Source: a bacterium
GTDB taxonomy: Bacteria > SM23-31
DNA length: 64,000 bases
Assembly: GCA_965249485.1 (NCBI GenBank)
Contig: OZ252239.1
Span: 2,880,001 to 2,944,000, forward strand
Direction of reading: 5' to 3'
This document shows positions 55,511 through 64,000 of this stretch, one piece after another. The stretch's first letter is position 1; every line of letters starts with the position of its first letter. The position numbers were made by a program, and so were the translations under genes. The notes under the pieces were generated by a model that saw only the letters and a program-made list of their open reading frames with translations, made no database searches and was not told the origin of the DNA.

Positions 55511-55527
55511 CGGGTACATTTTTCCCA
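55511..55527. promoter_or_regulatory. putative enhancer-binding-protein site (GG-N9-CC)
   Basis: Minus strand TGGGAAAAATGTACCCG, about 175-190 bp upstream of the sigma54 promoter. Confidence 0.45.
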
Positions 55528-55558
55528 ATAGTTGTGCGATTATTACCCCCTTTAAATT

Positions 55559-55677
55559 AAAAAAGCTACAGCCCCCCTCATTATACCTCACACGATTGCC
55601 GCTACAAAAGTTCCGAATTGTCGGACTTTTCTTTGGCGTACCGTAAAGTATTATGAGAAAAACTGTAGCAGTTTTTT
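55559..55677 (-). ncRNA. candidate structured RNA: ~105-nt irregular hairpin ending in a U-tract
   Basis: On the minus strand GCTACAGTTTTTCTCATAATACTTTACG pairs with TGTGAGGTATAATGAGGGGGGCTGTAGC through many G-U pairs; inner stem AAAAGT-CCGA-CAAT-TCGG-A-ACTTTT. Confidence 0.35.
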
Positions 55678-55760
55678 GTTCTTACCGAGATTTAGTATCT
55701 ACTATCTACCCGGACTCAACTCCTCATGCTTATAGTATCTCACTTACAATTATTGTTTAA

Positions 55761-55800
55761 AATTGAAAAAGCCGCACACTGTGGCGCGGCTTTTTCAATT
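55761..55800. terminator. intrinsic terminator downstream of the giant surface protein
   Basis: AATTGAAAAAGCCGC-N10-GCGGCTTTTTCAATT, a perfect 15-bp inverted repeat 13 nt after the stop codon. Confidence 0.9.
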
Positions 55801-55813
55801 ATCATTATCATCT

Positions 55814-58800
55814 TTACTTGATTAAGAGCATTCTCTTCGTCTGAGTGAATTCAGGCGTTGTCAAGCGATAGTAGTAAATACCACTCGCAACCGGTCTACC
55901 GAACGAGTTACGGCCATTCCATACAACTTTATGGAATCCGGCAGTCAATTCAGTATTGACCAGTGAAGCTATTTCCTGACCCACAACATTGTATATCTTC
56001 AATGTTATATCCGATGTTCTCGGTAATTCGAACCGGATATTGGTAACAGGATTAAACGGGTTCGGATAGTTCTGTGCTAAGCCGAACTCATCAGGAATCT
56101 GAATGGTATCGCTCAGTCTGGCGATATCAACTTCACTGTTGGCAACCTTCACATTCAGTAGTCTGATATCCGGATGAATATCGTCAGCAAGTGCACGGAA
56201 ATGAACCTCAGTTATGACACCACTGCCCGTGACAAATTTGCCGTTGACACCTAACAGAACATTGATGATTTTTCTTCCTACATTGGCTGCAAGGTCAAAG
56301 AAAATTGTCCTGTTTTCACCCTGTCTGGTCTTCAGGAAATCACCCTCTACAATCGGTTCATTCTCAACAAGTTCAACCTGAGCAGGATCAAAGTCTAAAG
56401 TATAAATATATCCAAAGAGATCGTCAACATTCTCTGCCCATACTGACACAACGAATTCCTGATTGTTCTGAGTAACTTCCGGTACACCTTTGAGAGACAA
56501 GGTTGCAGAACCATTGTCGCCACCGCTTCTCTTATTTCCAATAGGCGGAATACCTTCATTCGAACCAGCTAAGAAGTTGGAACTGGCAATTATGATATCA
56601 ACTCCATCTATTGCTCCATCACCATTGATGTCTCCGTTTGCAAGAACAGCAGGGTCAACTGTACCGCTGTTATTATCAAGAAAGTTGATATCATCTTCAT
56701 CAACACGGTCATCCTGGACACCAGGAGCATCACCGGAAGAAACATCACCACCCTGCAATTCTCCAAGATCGTCAGGAATTGCCGCATTGTTGAATGTCGG
56801 GTTGATACCTACTTGAATATCACCAGGAAAGACTGTAACGCCTGGAAATTGCGATGAGAGATATCCATTTGTCTTGGCAACCAAGTAATAGCTGCCTGTC
56901 GGAACTTTTTTCAACTCAAAGAATCCGTCCACGTCGGTTACAACTTTAATACCGCTGTTTTCCGTACCGATTTCAGCATTACCTGATACAATGGTCTGAT
57001 GATCGATAGGATTCAAACTTTCCGAGCTCTCTCAGCTCTAAAGATATTGTTGCAGCATTATTCGTACGGCTCTGAAGTGGGATACGACCCTGAACTCGTC
57101 CAAGTGGATTATGAATAATACTAATAGCCGGTGAAGTCACTGCGATAGCTCGCGGTACTCCATCTTTGTTCATTGTTGTCGCACTCGTGAACGAAACTGT
57201 TTTTGTAACCGAGTTCGAGGAATCGTTCGCCTGAATTGTTGCGGTAAAGGTTGCAATTGTTTGATCTGACAGACTAACACCTGCACCGCCTACCGCACCA
57301 GCGAACAGGTCCAAATCTACGCTTCTTGTACCATCGCCATTATCAGTTGACGTATTTGTAAATACATTCGCAAACAGACCCTGATCAACAAACGGAGTAT
57401 CATTATTAGCGAGTACCATTACCGTTGTGTCAATATTAAAGTGAACTCCAACAAGATCGATCTGTTCTGTTTTGGTATCAGCTACCACATTAAATGTGAT
57501 AGTTTCACCGGATCAAGCACTAATAATATCAGGAACAAGTCTGAGATCCCATTCGATTGCCGTTCTTTCACGACCAGTGAGTTTAACTTTACCAGCCGCA
57601 ATTATTTTATCAGTATTTGCATTTGTCCAATTGTTGTTTGAACCATCTCTGGTAATGAATGCATAGATAAAATAGTCTCCATTTGTCGACAAACCGTTCA
57701 TATTCTCTACAAACCAATTAAACTCCGTATCAGAGGTTGTCAAATTCTGAACATTGGCTTCGAAGACCGGTTGTACTGTTTATTAACCATGCAAATGTAC
57801 CTTCCACGGCATCAAGATCAGATAAATCGTTCGAAGCAGTATCAAGCTGAGTTGCATACAACCTGATAAACTGCTGCGCATTGTCGAGATCAAACGCATC
57901 GAAGTTCAGCCGGAAGACCTGAACCTGATCGATAACAATTTGTGCCTGAGCAGCGCCGGTGCCTTTACCTGCACCAACACCAAGGTTCACATTGAACCGG
58001 AAATCAGGATCGTGTGTGAACTGTACCTCACCGGGTGCTTTCGATAATACAGTATCTACATTATCGGTAATCAGGGCATAGATTTCATTATCCTGTGCTT
58101 CTGTCGGCACTGTCGAGGCAGTTCTCAGATCCCACACAAACTGGTCAGTTGCACTATTTTCAGTAACTTCAGTGAAACCATTTGTTATATTTATACGTGC
58201 GGTATTTGCTATAAGTGTTGGCCAAGCTGTGTGATTTGATCCGGATGTATCAGCATACAGTGCAATCTTTGCATCCTGATCAATATCTTCGTCACCGGTA
58301 CGTGACCAGTTTATCGTCAAGAGTTGCTGGCTTTTGGAATTTATTTTTGTCAAACCGGAAACCGGTCTATCCAACCCTATAGTCGGGCTGTGTTTGACTT
58401 GAAATTTACTTTGACTGCGTTTTACATCAACATTCTTGCTGTCATCAGCAACAACATAGACAAAAAAGATACCGGCTGTCTCAAATGCAGTTACATTATT
58501 ATCACTATAACGCGTGACAAACTTAAAGGTGAATGTAGAGTCGTTGGCATCGAGACTGGTCGAAATTGGATCATTACCATTCAATTATCCACCTGTGAAA
58601 TCCGTTTCATCAAGATTCGGTTTACTTTCATCAATGAGGAAAACAGATACAGGTACCTGACTTGCAGGATCGTCAACGTCCTTCGCCTCAAATTTCAGGT
58701 CAATTTCTTCGAGATTATTCGAATTCACAACTGTATCTCCATCAGCCGTTTTCGGGAAGATCGAATCAGTCGTAATTTGCGGGAAGTGGCGTACAAATAT

Positions 58801-61800
58801 GCCAGAACTTCTGCTAATTACATTAGGACTGTCTGCAGAAACAATTGTATAGATATAAACCAATTCATTTTCGTAAACGGTCGCAGATCAATATTTCCGC
58901 CAAATGAAGCCGTTACACCTAAAGCACCTGATGTAATAGTTCCATTTTGTGTCTGTCTGATTCCGCCCTGATCTTCATTCATAATGGCGAACGTTGAGTC
59001 AGTATGGGCGTAAAACGACCATGTATCCGTTCCACCGAACGCACCACTGAATGTCAAATCAACTGTGAAATTATGGAAATCCCCAAGTTTATTTGACGTA
59101 TCGGCTAACGCTGTAAACACCGCAGACGAAACAACACCTACCACATCAAAGGTAGTTGATCCTGATATAGTGGGAGTAGACGTCACAGCAACGGTTACCG
59201 ATTGACTCGTTCCCGTGCTTTGCGGAGTTATAGTAAACGTAGCCTTAAAATCATTGGCTTCGGTAAAATCCGTAGTTGCGTCACTTGGGCTAAGTCCTGA
59301 AGCAGTAATTGTTAATGTCGTAGCTGGAGACAACAGTGCTGCTGTTGTCTCCACTCTGTTTAAATAATTATCAACAGGTACTGCTTCGACATTAAACGTT
59401 GCTCCCTGAGCAAGCTCGAACGGCACTCTGATCGTTTTCTTACCTGTTCCGGTCGAATCGCCGGTCTGCTCCACTTCTTCGAAATCTTCAACAATCACGA
59501 CAATACCAGCAATAGTACTATTTGTGACCGGAATATTGTCTGAAGTACCAGAATCTGTCCCATCGGTAACTTTTATGTTCTTCAGAAGACCACTTCTACC
59601 AAGATTCGCTTTTCCATCTGCTGCCTGGAAGAATTTGAGACTATCCGCAGTATCAAAATGTGCTTGAGCGTTACGAGGATCGGCACCTGCGGCACCATCA
59701 GCAGCATCACCTGGATCAAGATCATCAGATGATCCACATACTTCGTCACCTATGAAACGAATTGCTGGTCCATCAGCCGCAGCAGCGCCAGTATGAAGCG
59801 TTATTGTAAGATTGTCATTTTTTGATCCATCAGATATTATGTTATTATTAGCATCCGTGGCAAGTACCAAGGGCATTAAGCCATTAGAAACAATCACTGT
59901 ATCAGGATCATTTAGACTTCCATCTCCGCCCGGATCGTGGCTCTGGCCAGGCAAGAGAATGACATATTTTGAAAATACACCCGCAGTAAACGTTGACCAA
60001 CCCAAATCGGACCTGCCTGCAGTCATTTTATTACCACTGTCATCATAAATTTCTATACTTGTCCTATAATCAACATCGGCAGCAGGTAAATTCGAAAAAT
60101 CAGTTCCGCCAACAGATGTCAAATTATGAGCTGTATTTATTGTTGCACCAGCACCACTTGTTGTAGCTTCAAGCGGATTAGTCAACCTATTGTTTATTAT
60201 TTCAACAGTTAACAAAGAATCACTATTTATAATATTATTCCCAGCTGCAACTGTTAAGGTTACTACTCCCGTATCTGATATTGCACCGGCTCCTGTTTCA
60301 ACAGCATATGACGCAGCTGAAAGCGTTAACGTATCTAATGTACTGGCGGCAATTTCACCGGTCACCAGAAAATCACCCGTACTCAACGCACCAGGTGAAA
60401 AGCTTGGGAAACTATACTCGTATCTTCCAGTACCGAGACCGGCATGTGTTTTTGTTATATCTTGGTCAACCGGAAAACGAAATACAATTTGACCACCCGG
60501 TATCACTACGCCATGTGAAGTGGTGGCATCCCATCCACCTTTAAAATTCGTGGCTGTACCAGAGACACCAGATACTGGGCCACCACCGGTAACATCCTGA
60601 GCAGCTAAATTAAGAGCGTAAGCTACATTGGATGTATCTGTCGCAGCGATACTCTGTACATTCGTCGTTGTAAAAGAAACATCCAAACCGTCTGTACCGT
60701 CAGTCCCGAGAGCCGTTAAGACACCGATAACCAGGAGAGTTTCTTGATACGCGATACCAACAGTACCAGTACCGCCTACAGAATCACCGGCTGCCAATGT
60801 AAACGTAATGACATTGTCTGGCGGAGTATTTGCGGAAACAAGAGATAAGGTTGTAAAACCTGCCGTATCTCCCTTAACCACATAGTTTGTCGCAGTCTCC
60901 GCGACTGTTTCATCAGTATATATTGCACCATCAAATGTAAATACCATTGTAGTGTTTGTAATCGGTGTTCCAACCTGAAACGGTACTTCAAGGGTATCAG
61001 TTGCTGCACCTGCCGTAAAAGTACTACTTTTGTTGAAGATTGGGCCGCCATCAAAAAAGTTAGAGACAACCGCGATTTCTTCTTCCGCAACTATCTCACT
61101 TACACCGTACGTGAAAATAGTGTCATCATTTGCATCAAACGCCCGGACCGTATAGTAATGCGGTATCGTTCCATCACTAGTGGGAAGATATGATTTGCTG
61201 CGAAACGTTAAGCTATCAGGATGAACATTAGTGATCAAAGTGTTACCAAAATATATCTTTAATGTGTCACCGGGACCTGTTCCGGTAAATCCGAGTGTAT
61301 CACCATTATCGATCGTTATTTTTGCTTTACCACCAATATTTGTACCGGTTATATCCGAAGTAGTAATATTAGACCGATTTATTGGCGTAAGCTGACTTGT
61401 AAAAATCGATATATCAGAGCTTGCATCAGATGCACCGGTAAATGTATTTCCAGTATCGAGCTGTACGGTAAAATAGGATCCGGGTGGTATCACACCTGTA
61501 TCCCAGGTCACAATAAGCGTATCGCTCGAAGTTTCTCCGGCAGTGGAATCAGATTTCACAATTTCAAGTGTCCTCAATGTATCGCTTACAGCAATAAGAT
61601 CAACACTGTCCATGGATACTGGTGTAGTTTGCCTATTTGTCCAAAAACTCAGATTGATATCTGTATCAACACCCAAGTTACTCAGCATACCACCACTATG
61701 AGTTGCTTCATTACCTGTACCGCTTATAGTCATTGAAATGAGAGAGTCAGCTGTCAATGTGTCTGTTAAAGCTGGCGCTATCGCCAATGCATTTGAAGCG

Positions 61801-64000
61801 GGTAAAAATATAGAAGTGGCAAGAAAACCATTCATTCTTCCGCCAACATTTACATCGTTGTCTCTACCACCGGATACGATGTCAATAGCGTTTGCTCCAA
61901 ATCCTTGTTCTGATTCAATTTGATCTATCAGAAAATCGCTCCCCAATTTAATGAATAATGTGTCCAAACCACCGCGAAGTTCCGTACTGACTGAGAGAAA
62001 CAACCTGAGTTCAACCTTATGCGCAGCTGTGTCTGTATCTGTTGCCCTAGTAGTGGATACAAACGCGGCTTGAGAAGTCAGCAGGTTGTGCTGCAGTAAA
62101 CGGATGCCACGCCGCTGTATAATTCGCAAGACCCCAATCATTTGTTTTAATGTTGATCGGTGCAGTACTATTGTCACCAGTAGCAAGCAGTCCACCGCCT
62201 GCAGTCTGCACTTTTACTCTGATCGGGCTAAAGGTCCCCGCTGTCGGAAATATTCCAGACTCTGTAGGAATCGGATTCGTAAATGCGGGATTACTGACCC
62301 CTAATGTGGTATCACCAAGAATAATTTTCACATTTGAGTTTGCAGGAAAAGGGTCGGTAATGTCTTTTGTTACATTTGTCAACTGTAACGTAATTTCATT
62401 ATTTTGAATCGTCCCAGCTGCAGATGAGATTACAGCAATTGAATCTCCCATACCTACACCGGTATTTGTGAGATCGTTTTCATAGTTGCCGTCCCTATCT
62501 GTGTCGATGAGCACATGTACGGAATCAATAGAAGTGGCAGCAGTAAACTGTGAAGGAAGTGAAATCACAAACTGGGCGTCAAGCGGGATAAATGAAGATA
62601 CAGTAAATAACATAGAATCAATCGCGCTCGATTCTCCGGAATTTGAATCTGCTAATGCAAACACAGTAACAATACCGCCAGTTGCTGCAGCAATCCGATC
62701 ATCTTCAACATCGGTAACAAATGTTGATTGATCGGTAGTCCGCAACTGGATGACGACATCTGTTGCTTCTGCAAGATTCCTGATAAACCCAGTTGCAATA
62801 TTTAAAGAAATATCGGTATCAAAATCGAGTGAACCATCACCCTGTGGTACTATTACTATTTCTCCTGTTGTAGCACTTGCGCTGACAATATCAAATTTTG
62901 TAGTATCTGAGAAACTGCCCCCGGTAAATGTGTACACCTGATCTGAATCAGCATTGGCATCAACAGTAAAATCACCCGTATCAAATTTGAAAACGAGTGT
63001 ATCAACTACGCCATTTGCAACTAATCCTGCCGTATCGAGTCGAGTACTCACTTTAAATTGTATATCGAATGAAGTCAAATTTCCAGCCGTATTGTCATTA
63101 AATAAAAACACCGCCCTGTCCGGCATTCGCAGTGGATTGCGGAAACCAATTTGAGCGGATTAAGAAAGACTTTGTGTCGTCGGTTTTGTCAAGCGATATC
63201 GTATCTCCGTCAGCATCAAAAGTCATAACTGTATAACTTGTTGCATTATCGCTTAGAACAATACCATTGTCAAATCCATCCGTATAGGTAATGGTCTGAT
63301 TATTATTGGAAGCTGCACGGGAAAAAACAGTCGGATTATTAATAACTTTCCCAACACCGATTGCGGAACCAAGCTGAATAGTAACAACACTACCGTCAGC
63401 AATTGGGTTGGCATTATTGAGATCTATTCTCAAGGTTCTACCAGAGGCTGATACCGCATCTAACGTTACGACAACGCCATCGTCTTTAACAACAATTGTG
63501 TCTTTCTGAGCTGCAATATTGACGACAGAGGTGTTAAAAGAGAAACTATCTGGTAGAATCACATCAATTAAACCGTCTTTCGGGAACTGTCCGTTTGCCG
63601 TCAATGTAATCATAATCCAATTCGTGTTCTTTGAAAGAGAATCGGCCACGGTAATGGCTGAAATTGCATTGTCATTTGGAATACCAAACTGACTGTCAGT
63701 CTCATTGTCGGACGCAAATACCGGTTGATCCGATGTTCTGATATTAATGGTATAATCATCTGTAGAAGCAGCACCCTTTGTACCGCTGTTTGTCAGCACA
63801 TTACTGATAATTATCCGTAAGGAGTCTGACGGAACCAAACTGTTGTCTTCTACTAATGTGAGCCGGACAATCCCGGTCGATTCCGTAAAATCTGCACTGA
63901 AATCAGTGGAACCCATCTTCAGTTGAGCATCGCTGGAATAACCGAAGAATGTGTAGTTCGACTCTGTTTCAGCCGCAGATTCATCAACCTGAAAACTGCC
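55814..64000 (-). CDS. giant (>2,700 aa) acidic Thr/Ser/Asp-rich surface protein with cohesin-like, carboxypeptidase-regulatory-like, dockerin-like, cohesin-like and FlgD-Ig/T9SS-type C-terminal domains; 5' end outside window; broken into 8 ORFs
   Basis: Consecutive same-strand ORFs (63098-63916, 62047-63126, 58818-62195, 58585-58863, 57730-58584, 57513-57743, 56979-57488, 55814-57016) of uniform composition, joined by small frameshifts or in-frame stops. The frame is open to 64000. Ends LAQNYPNPFNP...KRMLLIK. Confidence 0.8.

Noticed and set aside
55559..55677. c-di-GMP riboswitch, SRP RNA or 6S RNA
   Set aside because: It lacks the c-di-GMP-I and SRP signature sequences and is short for 6S; kept only as an unassigned hairpin.
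45958..58587. Stop-codon recoding or selenocysteine suggested by in-frame TAA (45958, 58585) and TGA (57513)
   Set aside because: TAA and TGA terminate many ordinary genes here, the stops co-occur with indels, and the TGA can be explained by compensating homopolymer errors (GCTTGATCC vs GCTGATCCC). The context is not redox-related.
51343..64000. True cellulosome
   Set aside because: No glycoside hydrolase or CBM domains are recognisable and there is no tandem cohesin array.

Overview
An AT-rich bacterial chromosomal window, probably from an FCB-group lineage such as KSB1, Calditrichota or Latescibacterota. This placement is inferred from QNYPNPFNP C-terminal sorting domains, a DUF2723 protein and the flagellin N-terminus. 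Almost all genes lie on the minus strand. In order, the window holds: (1) a his operon (hisG-hisD-hisC-HAD) behind a His-rich leader-peptide attenuator, plus a second, His-depleted copy of the same promoter/leader/terminator in front of a PLP-decarboxylase and PNPOx-like gene pair; (2) envelope genes (EamA, TlpA, CcdA, DUF4837-like lipoprotein, flippase-like, DUF2723, methyltransferase); (3) an unannotated HU/IHF gene divergent from a sigma54-driven flagellin; (4) an adenylate cyclase and a ~17.5 kb glycogen/glycolysis supercluster (gap-pgi-pgk-eno-glgP-pfk-fbaB-pgm-gpmI-glgX-pckA); (5) an ornithine aminotransferase; (6) a flgF-to-csrA flagellar operon lacking flgM; (7) VWA/TPR/barrel genes and two large Ig-repeat surface proteins with cohesin- and dockerin-like modules, one of which exceeds 2,700 aa and runs off the window. 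Three sigma54 promoters share a 17-bp GG-N9-CC enhancer-like motif, which links the surface-protein operon to the flagellar genes. Several frameshifts and in-frame stops look like long-read assembly errors. No rRNA, tRNA, CRISPR or IS elements were seen.
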